From Eledone cirrhosa (lineage: Eukaryota), in contig OZ024762.1 of the NCBI GenBank assembly GCA_964016885.1, positions 26,412,001 to 26,476,000 of the forward strand: a stretch of DNA of 64,000 nucleotides. Direction: 5' to 3'. Below, piece by piece: positions 26,001 to 38,000 of this stretch (within the stretch, counting starts at the first letter, position 1; each line of letters opens with the position of its first letter). Under the pieces are notes generated by a model. That model ran no database searches. It had not been told where the DNA came from and saw only the letters and a program-made list of their open reading frames with translations. The position numbers were made by a program, and so were the translations under genes.

Positions 26001-29000
26001 GTGGTTGTGGTGTTGGTAGTGGTGGTGGTGGTTGTGGTGTTGGTAGTGGTGGTGGTGGTTGTGGTGTTGGTAATGGTGGTGGTGGTTGTGGTGTTGGTAG
26101 TGGGGGTGCTGGTTGTGGTGTTGGTAGTGGTGGTGCTGGTTGTGGTGTTGGTAGTGGTGGTGCTGGTTGTGGTGTTTATAGTGGTGGTGCTGGTTGTGGT
26201 GTTGGTAGTGGTGGTGCTGGTTGTGGTGTTGGTAGTGGTGGTGGTGGTTGTGGTGTTGGTAGTGGTGGTGGTGGTTGTGGTGTTGGTAGTGGTGGTGGTG
26301 GTTGTGGTGTTGGTAGTGGTGGTGGTGGTTGTGGTGTTGGTAGTGGGGGTGCTGGTTGTGGTGTTGGTAGTGGTGGTGCTGGTTGTGGTGTTGGTAGTGG
26401 TGGTGCTGGTTGTGGTGTTGGTAGTGGTGGTGGTGGTTGTGGTGTTGGTAGTGGTGGTGCTGGTTGTGGTGTTGGTAGTGGTGGTGGTGGTTGCGGTGTT
26501 GGTAGTGGTGGTGCTGGTTGTGGTGTTGGTAGTGGGGGTGCTGGTTGTGGTGTTGGTAGTGGTGGTGCTGGTTGTGGTGTTGGTAGTGGTGGTGCTGGTT
26601 GTGGTGTTGGTAGTGGTGGTGGTGTTTGTGGTGTTGGTAGTGGTGGTGGTGGTTGTGGTGTTGGTAGTGGTGGTGCTGGTTGTGGTGTTGGTAGTGGTGG
26701 TGCTGGTTGTGGTGTTGATAGTGGTGGTGCTGGTTGTGGTGTTGGTAGTGGGGGTCTGGTTGTGGTGTTGGTAGTGGTGGTGGTGGTTGCGGTGTTGGTA
26801 GTGGTGGTGCTGGTTGTGGTGTTGGTAGTGGGGGTGCTGGTTGTGGTGTTGGTAGTGGTGGTGCTGGTTGTGGTGTTGGTAGTGGTGGTGCTGGTTGTGG
26901 TGTTGGTAGTGGTGGTGGTGGTTGCGGTGTTGGTAGTGGTGGTGCTGGTTGTGGTGTTGGTAGTGGGGGTGCTGGTTGTGGTGTTGGTAGTGGTGGTGCT
27001 GGTTGTGGTGTTGGTAGTGGTGGTGCTGGTTGTGGTGTTGGTAGTGGTGGTGGTGGTTGCGGTGTTGGTAGTGGTGGTGCTGGTTGTGGTGTTGGTAGTG
27101 AGGGTGCTGGTTGTGGTGATGGTAGTGGTGGTGGTGGTTGTGGTGTTGGTAGTGGGGGTCTGGTTGTGGTGTTGGTAGTGGTGGTGCTGGTTGTGGTGTT
27201 GGTAGTGGTGGTGGTGGTTGTGGTGTTGGTAGTGGGGGTCTGGTTGTGGTGTTGGTAGTGGTGGTGGTGGTTGTGGTGTTGGTAGTGGTGGTGGTGGTGG
27301 TGGTGGTGGTGGTGGTGGTGGTGGTGGTGGTGGTGGTGGTGTTGGTGGTGGTTGTGGTGTTGGTAGTGGGGGTCTGGTTGTGGTGTTGGTAGTGGTGGTG
27401 CTGGTTGTGGTGTTGATAGTGGTGGTGCTGGTTGTGGTGTTGGTAGTGGTGGTGGTGGTTGTGGTGTTGGTAGTGGTGGTGGTGGTGGTTGTGGTGTTGG
27501 TAGTGGTGGTGGTGGTGGTGGTTCTGGTGTTGATAGTGGTGGTGCTGGTTGTGGTGTTGGTAGTGGTGGTGGTGGTTGTGGTGTTGGTAGTGGTGGTGCT
27601 GGTTGTGGTGTTGGTAGTGGTGGTGGTGGTTGTGGTGTTGGTAGTGGTGGTGGTGGTGGTGGTTGTGGTGTTGGTAGTGGTGGTGGTGGTGGTGGTTCTG
27701 GTGTTGATAGTGGTGGTGCTGGTTGTGGTGTTGGTAGTGGTGGTGCTGGTTGTGGTGTTGGTAGTGGTGGTGGTGGTTGTGGTGTTGGTAGTGGTGGTGC
27801 TGGTTGCGGTGTTGATAGTGGTGGTGCTGGTTGTGGTGTTGGTAGTGGTGGTGGTGGTGGTGGTTGTGGTGTTGGTAGTGGTGGTGGTGGTGGTGGTTCT
27901 GGTGTTGATAGTGGTGGTGCTGGTTGTGGTGTTGGTAGTGGTGGTGGTGGTTGTCGTGTTAGTAGTGGTGGTGCTGGTTGTGGTGTTGGTAGTGGTGGTG
28001 GTGGTTGTGGTGTTGGTAGTGGTGGTGCTGGTTGTGGTGTTGGTAGTAGTGGTGCTGGTTGTGGTGTGGGTAGTGGTGGTGCTGGTTGTGGTGTTGGTGG
28101 TGGTGGTTGCGGTGTTGGTAGTGGTGTTGGTGGTTGTGGTGTTGTTAGTGGTGGTGCTGGTTGTGGTGTTGGTAGTGGTGGTGGTGGTTGTGGTGTTGGT
28201 AGTGGTGGTGGTGGTTGTGGTGATGGTATTGGTGGTGGTGGTTGTGGTGTTGGTAGTGGTGGTGCTGGTTGTGGTGTTGGTAGTGGTGGTGGTGGTTGTG
28301 GTGTTGGTAGTGGTGGTGGTGGTTGCGGTGTTGGTAGTGTTGGTGGTGGTTGTGGTGTTGATAGTGGTGGTGCTGGTTGTGGTGTTGGTAGTGGTGGTGC
28401 TGGTTGTGGTGTTGGTAGTGGTGGTGGTGGTTGTGGTGTTGGTAGTGGTGGTGGTGGTTGCGGTGTTGGTAGTGGTGGTGTTGGTTGTGGTGTTGATAGT
28501 GGTGGTGCTGGTTGTGGCGTTGGTAGTGGTGGTGCTGGTTGTGGTGTTGGTAGTGGTGGTGGTGGTTGTGGTGGTTGTTGTGTTGGTAGTGGGGGTCTGG
28601 TTGTGGTGTGGGTACTGGTGGTGCTGTTTGTGGTGTTGGTAGTGGTGGTGCTGGTTGTGGTGTTGGTAGTGGTGGTGCTGGTTGTGGTGTTGGTAGTGGT
28701 GGTGGTGATTGTGGTGTTGGTAGTGGTGGTGCTGGTTGTGGTGTTGGTAGTGGTGGTGGTGGTTGTGGTGTTGGTAGTGGTGGTGGTGGTTGCGGTGTTG
28801 GTATTGGTGGTGGTGGTTGTGGTGTTGGTAGTGGTGGTGGTGGTTGTGGTGTTGGTAGTGGTGGTGCTGGTTGTGGTGTTGGTAGTGGTGGTGGTGGTTG
28901 TCGTGTTGGTAGTGGTGGTGGTGATTGTGGTGTTGGTAGTGGTGGTGGTGGTTGTGGTGTTGGTAGTGGTTGTGGTGGTTGCGGTGTTGGTAGTGGTGGT

Positions 29001-32000
29001 GCTGGTTGTGGTGTTGGTAGTGGGGGTCTGGTTGTGGTGTTGGTAGTGGGGGTCTGGTTGTGGTGTTGGTTGTGGGGGTCTGGTTGTGGTGTTGGTAGTG
29101 GTGGTGGTGGTTGTGGTGTTGATAGTGTTGGTGCTGGTTGTGGTGTTGGTAGTGGTGGTGCTGGTTGTGGTGTTGGTAGTGGTGGTGGTGGTTGTGGTGT
29201 TGGTAGTGGTGGTGCTGGTTGTGGTGTTGATAGTGGTGGTGCTGGTTGTGGTGTTGGTAGTGGGGGTCTGGTTGTGGTGTTGGTAGTGGGGGTCTGGTTG
29301 TGGTGTTGGTAGTGGTGGTGGTGGTTGTGGTGTTGATAGTGGTGGTGCTGGTTGTGGTGTTGGTAGTGGTGGTGCTGGTTGTGGTGTTGGTAGTGGTGGT
29401 GGTGGTTGTGGTGTTGATAGTGGTGGTGCTGGTTGTGGTGTTGGTAGTGGTGGTGCTGGTTGTGGTGTTGGTAGTGGTGGTGGTGGTTGTGGTGTTGGTA
29501 GTGGGGGTCTGGTTGTGGTGTTGGTAGTGGTGGTGCTGGTTGTGGTGTTGGTAGTGGTGGTGCTGGTTGTGGTGTTGGTAGTGGTGGTGCTGGTTGTGGT
29601 GTTGGTAGTGGTGGTGCTGGTTGTGGTGTTGATAGTGGTGGTGCTGGTTGTGGTGTTGGTAGTGGTGGTGCTGGTTGTGGTGTTGGTAGTGGTGGTGGTG
29701 GTTGTGGTGTTGGTAGTGGGGGTCTGGTTGTGGTGTTGGTAGTGGGGGTCTGGTTGTGGTGTTGGTAGTGGTGGTGGTGGTTGTGGTGTTGATAGTGGTG
29801 GTGCTGGTTGTGGTGTTGGTAGTGGTGGTGGTGGTTGTGGTGTTGGTAGTGGTGGTGCTGGTTGTGGTGTTGGTAGTGGGGGTGCTGGTTGTGGTGTTGG
29901 TAGTGGTGGTGCTGGTTGTGGTGTTGGTAGTGGTGGTGCTGGTTGTGGTGTTGGTTGTGGTGGTGGTGGTTGCGGTGTTGGTAGTGGTGGTGTTGGTTGT
30001 GGTGTTGGTAGTGGGGGTGCTGGTTGTGGTGTTGGTAGTGGTGGTGCTGGTTGTGGTGTTGGTAGTGGTGGTGCTGGTTGTGGTGTTGGTAGTGGTGGTG
30101 GTGGTTGTGGTGTTGGTAGTGGTGGTGCTGGTTGTGGTGTTGGTAGTGGGGGTGCTGGTTGTGGTGTTGGTAGTGGTGGTGCTGGTTGTGGTGTTGGTAG
30201 TGGTGGTGCTGGTTGTGGTGTTGGTAGTGGGGGTGCTGGTTGTGGTGTTGGTAGTGGTGGTGGTGGTTGCGGTGTTGGTAGTGGTGGTGCTGGTTGTGGT
30301 GTTGATAGTGGTGGTGCTGGTTGTGGTGTTGGTAGTGGTGGTGCTGGTTGTGGTGTTGGTAGTGGTGGTGGTGGTTGTGGTGTTGGTAGTGGTGGTGGTG
30401 GTTGTGGTGTTGGTAGTGGTGGTGGTGGTTGTGGTGTTGGTAATGGTGGTGGTGGTTGTGGTGTTGGTAGTGGGGGTGCTGGTTGTGGTGTTGGTAGTGG
30501 TGGTGCTGGTTGTGGTGTTGGTAGTGGTGGTGCTGGTTGTGGTGTTTATAGTGGTGGTGCTGGTTGTGGTGTTGGTAGTGGTGGTGCTGGTTGTGGTGTT
30601 GGTAGTGGTGGTGCTGGTTGTGGTGTTGGTAGTGGTGGTGCTGGTTGTGGTGTTGGTAGTGGGGGTGCTGGTTGTGGTGTTGGTAGTGGTGGTGGTGGTT
30701 GCGGTGTTGGTAGTGGTGGTGCTGGTTGTGGTGTTGATAGTGGTGGTGCTGGTTGTGGTGTTGGTAGTGGTGGTGCTGGTTGTGGTGTTGGTAGTGGTGG
30801 TGGTGGTTGTGGTGTTGGTAGTGGTGGTGGTGGTTGTGGTGTTGGTAGTGGTGGTGGTGGTTGTGGTGTTGGTAATGGTGGTGGTGGTTGTGGTGTTGGT
30901 AGTGGGGGTGCTGGTTGTGGTGTTGGTAGTGGTGGTGCTGGTTGTGGTGTTGGTAGTGGTGGTGCTGGTTGTGGTGTTTATAGTGGTGGTGCTGGTTGTG
31001 GTGTTGGTAGTGGTGGTGCTGGTTGTGGTGTTGGTAGTGGTGGTGGTGGTTGTGGTGTTGGTAGTGGTGGTGGTGGTTGTGGTGTTGGTAGTGGTGGTGG
31101 TGGTTGTGGTGTTGGTAGTGGTGGTGGTGGTTGTGGTGTTGGTAGTGGGGGTGCTGGTTGTGGTGTTGGTAGTGGTGGTGCTGGTTGTGGTGTTGGTAGT
31201 GGTGGTGCTGGTTGTGGTGTTGGTAGTGGTGGTGGTGGTTGTGGTGTTGGTAGTGGTGGTGCTGGTTGTGGTGTTGGTAGTGGTGGTGGTGGTTGCGGTG
31301 TTGGTAGTGGTGGTGCTGGTTGTGGTGTTGGTAGTGGGGGTGCTGGTTGTGGTGTTGGTAGTGGTGGTGCTGGTTGTGGTGTTGGTAGTGGTGGTGCTGG
31401 TTGTGGTGTTGGTAGTGGTGGTGGTGTTTGTGGTGTTGGTAGTGGTGGTGGTGGTTGTGGTGTTGGTAGTGGTGGTGCTGGTTGTGGTGTTGGTAGTGGT
31501 GGTGCTGGTTGTGGTGTTGATAGTGGTGGTGCTGGTTGTGGTGTTGGTAGTGGGGGTCTGGTTGTGGTGTTGGTAGTGGTGGTGGTGGTTGCGGTGTTGG
31601 TAGTGGTGGTGCTGGTTGTGGTGTTGGTAGTGGGGGTGCTGGTTGTGGTGTTGGTAGTGGTGGTGCTGGTTGTGGTGTTGGTAGTGGTGGTGCTGGTTGT
31701 GGTGTTGGTAGTGGTGGTGGTGGTTGCGGTGTTGGTAGTGGTGGTGCTGGTTGTGGTGTTGGTAGTGGGGGTGCTGGTTGTGGTGTTGGTAGTGGTGGTG
31801 CTGGTTGTGGTGTTGGTAGTGGTGGTGCTGGTTGTGGTGTTGGTAGTGGTGGTGGTGGTTGCGGTGTTGGTAGTGGTGGTGCTGGTTGTGGTGTTGGTAG
31901 TGAGGGTGCTGGTTGTGGTGATGGTAGTGGTGGTGGTGGTTGTGGTGTTGGTAGTGGGGGTCTGGTTGTGGTGTTGGTAGTGGTGGTGCTGGTTGTGGTG

Positions 32001-35000
32001 TTGGTAGTGGTGGTGGTGGTTGTGGTGTTGGTAGTGGGGGTCTGGTTGTGGTGTTGGTAGTGGTGGTGGTGGTTGTGGTGTTGGTAGTGGTGGTGGTGGT
32101 GGTGGTGGTGGTGGTGGTGGTGGTGGTGGTGGTGGTGGTGTTGGTGGTGGTTGTGGTGTTGGTAGTGGGGGTCTGGTTGTGGTGTTGGTAGTGGTGGTGC
32201 TGGTTGTGGTGTTGATAGTGGTGGTGCTGGTTGTGGTGTTGGTAGTGGTGGTGGTGGTTGTGGTGTTGGTAGTGGTGGTGGTGGTGGTTGTGGTGTTGGT
32301 AGTGGTGGTGGTGGTGGTGGTTCTGGTGTTGATAGTGGTGGTGCTGGTTGTGGTGTTGGTAGTGGTGGTGGTGGTTGTGGTGTTGGTAGTGGTGGTGCTG
32401 GTTGTGGTGTTGGTAGTGGTGGTGGTGGTTGTGGTGTTGGTAGTGGTGGTGGTGGTGGTGGTTGTGGTGTTGGTAGTGGTGGTGGTGGTGGTGGTTCTGG
32501 TGTTGATAGTGGTGGTGCTGGTTGTGGTGTTGGTAGTGGTGGTGCTGGTTGTGGTGTTGGTAGTGGTGGTGGTGGTTGTGGTGTTGGTAGTGGTGGTGCT
32601 GGTTGCGGTGTTGATAGTGGTGGTGCTGGTTGTGGTGTTGGTAGTGGTGGTGGTGGTGGTGGTTGTGGTGTTGGTAGTGGTGGTGGTGGTGGTGGTTCTG
32701 GTGTTGATAGTGGTGGTGCTGGTTGTGGTGTTGGTAGTGGTGGTGGTGGTTGTCGTGTTAGTAGTGGTGGTGCTGGTTGTGGTGTTGGTAGTGGTGGTGG
32801 TGGTTGTGGTGTTGGTAGTGGTGGTGCTGGTTGTGGTGTTGGTAGTAGTGGTGCTGGTTGTGGTGTGGGTAGTGGTGGTGCTGGTTGTGGTGTTGGTGGT
32901 GGTGGTTGCGGTGTTGGTAGTGGTGTTGGTGGTTGTGGTGTTGTTAGTGGTGGTGCTGGTTGTGGTGTTGGTAGTGGTGGTGGTGGTTGTGGTGTTGGTA
33001 GTGGTGGTGGTGGTTGTGGTGATGGTAGTGGTGGTGGTGGTTGTGGTGTTGGTAGTGGTGGTGCTGGTTGTGGTGTTGGTAGTGGTGGTGGTGGTTGTGG
33101 TGTTGGTAGTGGTGGTGGTGGTTGCGGTGTTGGTAGTGTTGGTGGTGGTTGTGGTGTTGATAGTGGTGGTGCTGGTTGTGGTGTTGGTAGTGGTGGTGCT
33201 GGTTGTGGTGTTGGTAGTGGTGGTGGTGGTTGTGGTGTTGGTAGTGGTGGTGGTGGTTGCGGTGTTGGTAGTGGTGGTGTTGGTTGTGGTGTTGATAGTG
33301 GTGGTGCTGGTTGTGGCGTTGGTAGTGGTGGTGCTGGTTGTGGTGTTGGTAGTGGTGGTGGTGGTTGTGGTGGTTGTGGTGTTGGTAGTGGGGGTCTGGT
33401 TGTGGTGTGGGTACTGGTGGTGCTGTTTGTGGTGTTGGTAGTGGTGGTGCTGGTTGTGGTGTTGGTAGTGGTGGTGCTGGTTGTGGTGTTGGTAGTGGTG
33501 GTGGTGATTGTGGTGTTGGTAGTGGTGGTGCTGGTTGTGGTGTTGGTAGTGGTGGTGGTGGTTGTGGTGTTGGTAGTGGTGGTGGTGGTTGCGGTGTTGG
33601 TATTGGTGGTGGTGGTTGTGGTGTTGGTAGTGGTGGTGGTGGTTGTGGTGTTGGTAGTGGTGGTGCTGGTTGTGGTGTTGGTAGTGGTGGTGGTGGTTGT
33701 CGTGTTGGTAGTGGTGGTGGTGATTGTGGTGTTGGTAGTGGTGGTGGTGGTTGTGGTGTTGGTAGTGGTTGTGGTGGTTGCGGTGTTGGTAGTGGTGGTG
33801 CTGGTTGTGGTGTTGGTAGTGGGGGTCTGGTTGTGGTGTTAGTAGTGGGGGTCTGGTTGTGGTGTTGGTTGTGGGGGTCTGGTTGTGGTGTTGGTAGTGG
33901 TGGTGGTGGTTGTGGTGTTGATAGTGTTGGTGCTGGTTGTGGTGTTGGTAGTGGTGGTGCTGGTTGTGGTGTTGGTAGTGGTGGTGGTGGTTGTGGTGTT
34001 GGTAGTGGTGGTGCTGGTTGTGGTGTTGATAGTGGTGGTGCTGGTTGTGGTGTAGGTAGTGGGGGTCTGGTTGTGGTGTTGGTAGTGGGGGTCTGGTTGT
34101 GGTGTTGGTAGTGGTGGTGGTGGTTGTGGTGTTGATAGTGGTGGTGCTGGTTGTGGTGTTGGTAGTGGTGGTGCTGGTTGTGGTGTTGATAGTGGTGGTG
34201 CTGGTTGTGGTGTTGGTAGTGGTGGTGCTGGTTGTGGTGTTGGTAGTGGTGGTGGTGGTTGTGGTGTTGGTAGTGGGGGTCTGGTTGTGGTGTTGGTAGT
34301 GGGGGTCTGGTTGTGGTGTTGGTAGTGGTGGTGGTGGTTGTGGTGTTGATAGTGGTGGTGCTGGTTGTGGTGTTGGTAGTGGTGGTGGTGGTTGTGGTGT
34401 TGGTAGTGGTGGTGCTGGTTGTGGTGTTGGTAGTGGGGGTGCTGGTTGTGGTGTTGGTAGTGGTGGTGCTGGTTGTGGTGTTGGTAGTGGTGGTGCTGGT
34501 TGTGGTGTTGGTTGTGGTGGTGGTGGTTGCGGTGTTGGTAGTGGTGGTGTTGGTTGTGGTGTTGGTAGTGGGGGTGCTGGTTGTGGTGTTGGTAGTGGTG
34601 GTGCTGGTTGTGGTGTTGGTAGTGGTGGTGCTGGTTGTGGTGTTGGTAGTGGTGGTGGTGGTTGTGGTGTTGGTAGTGGTGGTGCTGGTTGTGGTGTTGG
34701 TAGTGGGGGTGCTGGTTGTGGTGTTGGTAGTGGTGGTGCTGGTTGTGGTGTTGGTAGTGGTGGTGCTGGTTGTGGTGTTGGTAGTGGGGGTGCTGGTTGT
34801 GGTGTTGGTAGTGGTGGTGGTGGTTGCGGTGTTGGTAGTGGTGGTGCTGGTTGTGGTGTTGATAGTGGTGGTGCTGGTTGTGGTGTTGGTAGTGGTGGTG
34901 CTGGTTGTGGTGTTGGTAGTGGTGGTGGTGGTTGTGGTGTTGGTAGTGGTGGTGGTGGTTGTGGTGTTGGTAGTGGTGGTGGTGGTTGTGGTGTTGGTAA

Positions 35001-38000
35001 TGGTGGTGGTGGTTGTGGTGTTGGTAGTGGGGGTGCTGGTTGTGGTGTTGGTAGTGGTGGTGCTGGTTGTGGTGTTGGTAGTGGTGGTGCTGGTTGTGGT
35101 GTTTATAGTGGTGGTGCTGGTTGTGGTGTTGGTAGTGGTGGTGCTGGTTGTGGTGTTGGTAGTGGTGGTGGTGGTTGTGGTGTTGGTAGTGGTGGTGGTG
35201 GTTGTGGTGTTGGTAGTGGTGGTGGTGGTTGTGGTGTTGGTAGTGGTGGTGGTGGTTGTGGTGTTGGTAGTGGGGGTGCTGGTTGTGGTGTTGGTAGTGG
35301 TGGTGCTGGTTGTGGTGTTGGTAGTGGTGGTGCTGGTTGTGGTGTTGGTAGTGGTGGTGTTGGTAGTGGTGGTGCTGGTTGTGGTGTTGGTAGTGGTGGT
35401 GGTGGTTGCGGTGTTGGTAGTGGTGGTGCTGGTTGTGGTGTTGGTAGTGGGGGTGCTGGTTGTGGTGTTGGTAGTGGTGGTGCTGGTTGTGGTGTTGGTA
35501 GTGGTGGTGCTGGTTGTGGTGTTGGTAGTGGTGGTGGTGTTTGTGGTGTTGGTAGTGGTGGTGGTGGTTGTGGTGTTGGTAGTGGTGGTGCTGGTTGTGG
35601 TGTTGGTAGTGGTGGTGCTGGTTGTGGTGTTGATAGTGGTGGTGCTGGTTGTGGTGTTGGTAGTGGGGGTGCTGGTTGTGGTGTTGGTAGTGGTGGTGCT
35701 GGTTGTGGTGTTGGTAGTGGTGGTGCTGGTTGTGGTGTTGGTAGTGGGGGTGCTGGTTGTGGTGTTGGTAGTGGTGGTGGTGGTTGCGGTGTTGGTAGTG
35801 GTGGTGCTGGTTGTGGTGTTGATAGTGGTGGTGCTGGTTGTGGTGTTGGTAGTGGTGGTGCTGGTTGTGGTGTTGGTAGTGGTGGTGGTGGTTGTGGTGT
35901 TGGTAGTGGTGGTGGTGGTTGTGGTGTTGGTAGTGGTGGTGGTGGTTGTGGTGTTGGTAATGGTGGTGGTGGTTGTGGTGTTGGTAGTGGGGGTGCTGGT
36001 TGTGGTGTTGGTAGTGGTGGTGCTGGTTGTGGTGTTGGTAGTGGTGGTGCTGGTTGTGGTGTTTATAGTGGTGGTGCTGGTTGTGGTGTTGGTAGTGGTG
36101 GTGCTGGTTGTGGTGTTGGTAGTGGTGGTGGTGGTTGTGGTGTTGGTAGTGGTGGTGGTGGTTGTGGTGTTGGTAGTGGTGGTGGTGGTTGTGGTGTTGG
36201 TAGTGGTGGTGGTGGTTGTGGTGTTGGTAGTGGGGGTGCTGGTTGTGGTGTTGGTAGTGGTGGTGCTGGTTGTGGTGTTGGTAGTGGTGGTGCTGGTTGT
36301 GGTGTTGGTAGTGGTGGTGTTGGTAGTGGTGGTGCTGGTTGTGGTGTTGGTAGTGGTGGTGGTGGTTGCGGTGTTGGTAGTGGTGGTGCTGGTTGTGGTG
36401 TTGGTAGTGGGGGTGCTGGTTGTGGTGTTGGTAGTGGTGGTGCTGGTTGTGGTGTTGGTAGTGGTGGTGCTGGTTGTGGTGTTGGTAGTGGTGGTGGTGT
36501 TTGTGGTGTTGGTAGTGGTGGTGGTGGTTGTGGTGTTGGTAGTGGTGGTGCTGGTTGTGGTGTTGGTAGTGGTGGTGCTGGTTGTGGTGTTGATAGTGGT
36601 GGTGCTGGTTGTGGTGTTGGTAGTGGGGGTCTGGTTGTGGTGTTGGTAGTGGTGGTGGTGGTTGCGGTGTTGGTAGTGGTGGTGCTGGTTGTGGTGTTGG
36701 TAGTGGGGGTGCTGGTTGTGGTGTTGGTAGTGGTGGTGCTGGTTGTGGTGTTGGTAGTGGTGGTGCTGGTTGTGGTGTTGGTAGTGGTGGTGGTGGTTGC
36801 GGTGTTGGTAGTGGTGGTGCTGGTTGTGGTGTTGGTAGTGGGGGTGCTGGTTGTGGTGTTGGTAGTGGTGGTGCTGGTTGTGGTGTTGGTAGTGGTGGTG
36901 CTGGTTGTGGTGTTGGTAGTGGTGGTGGTGGTTGCGGTGTTGGTAGTGGTGGTGCTGGTTGTGGTGTTGGTAGTGAGGGTGCTGGTTGTGGTGATGGTAG
37001 TGGTGGTGGTGGTTGTGGTGTTGGTAGTGGGGGTCTGGTTGTGGTGTTGGTAGTGGTGGTGCTGGTTGTGGTGTTGGTAGTGGTGGTGGTGGTTGTGGTG
37101 TTGGTAGTGGGGGTCTGGTTGTGGTGTTGGTAGTGGTGGTGGTGGTTGTGGTGTTGGTAGTGGTGGTGGTGGTGGTGGTGGTGGTGGTGGTGGTGGTGGT
37201 GGTGGTGGTGGTGGTGTTGGTGGTGGTTGTGGTGTTGGTAGTGGGGGTCTGGTTGTGGTGTTGGTAGTAGTGGTGCTGGTTGTGGTGTTGATAGTGGTGG
37301 TGCTGGTTGTGGTGTTGGTAGTGGTGGTGGTGGTTGTGGTGTTGGTAGTGGTGGTGGTGGTGGTTGTGGTGTTGGTAGTGGTGGTGGTGGTGGTGGTTCT
37401 GGTGTTGATAGTGGTGGTGCTGGTTGTGGTGTTGGTAGTGGTGGTGGTGGTTGTGGTGTTGGTAGTGGTGGTGCTGGTTGTGGTGTTGGTAGTGGTGGTG
37501 GTGGTTGTGGTGTTGGTAGTGGTGGTGGTGGTGGTGGTTGTGGTGTTGGTAGTGGTGGTGGTGGTGGTGGTTCTGGTGTTGATAGTGGTGGTGCTGGTTG
37601 TGGTGTTGGTAGTGGTGGTGCTGGTTGTGGTGTTGGTAGTGGTGGTGGTGGTTGTGGTGTTGGTAGTGGTGGTGCTGGTTGCGGTGTTGATAGTGGTGGT
37701 GCTGGTTGTGGTGTTGGTAGTGGTGGTGGTGGTGGTGGTTGTGGTGTTGGTAGTGGTGGTGGTGGTGGTGGTTCTGGTGTTGATAGTGGTGGTGCTGGTT
37801 GTGGTGTTGGTAGTGGTGGTGGTGGTTGTCGTGTTAGTAGTGGTGGTGCTGGTTGTGGTGTTGGTAGTGGTGGTGGTGGTTGTGGTGTTGGTAGTGGTGG
37901 TGCTGGTTGTGGTGTTGGTAGTAGTGGTGCTGGTTGTGGTGTGGGTAGTGGTGGTGCTGGTTGTGGTGTTGGTGGTGGTGGTTGCGGTGTTGGTAGTGGT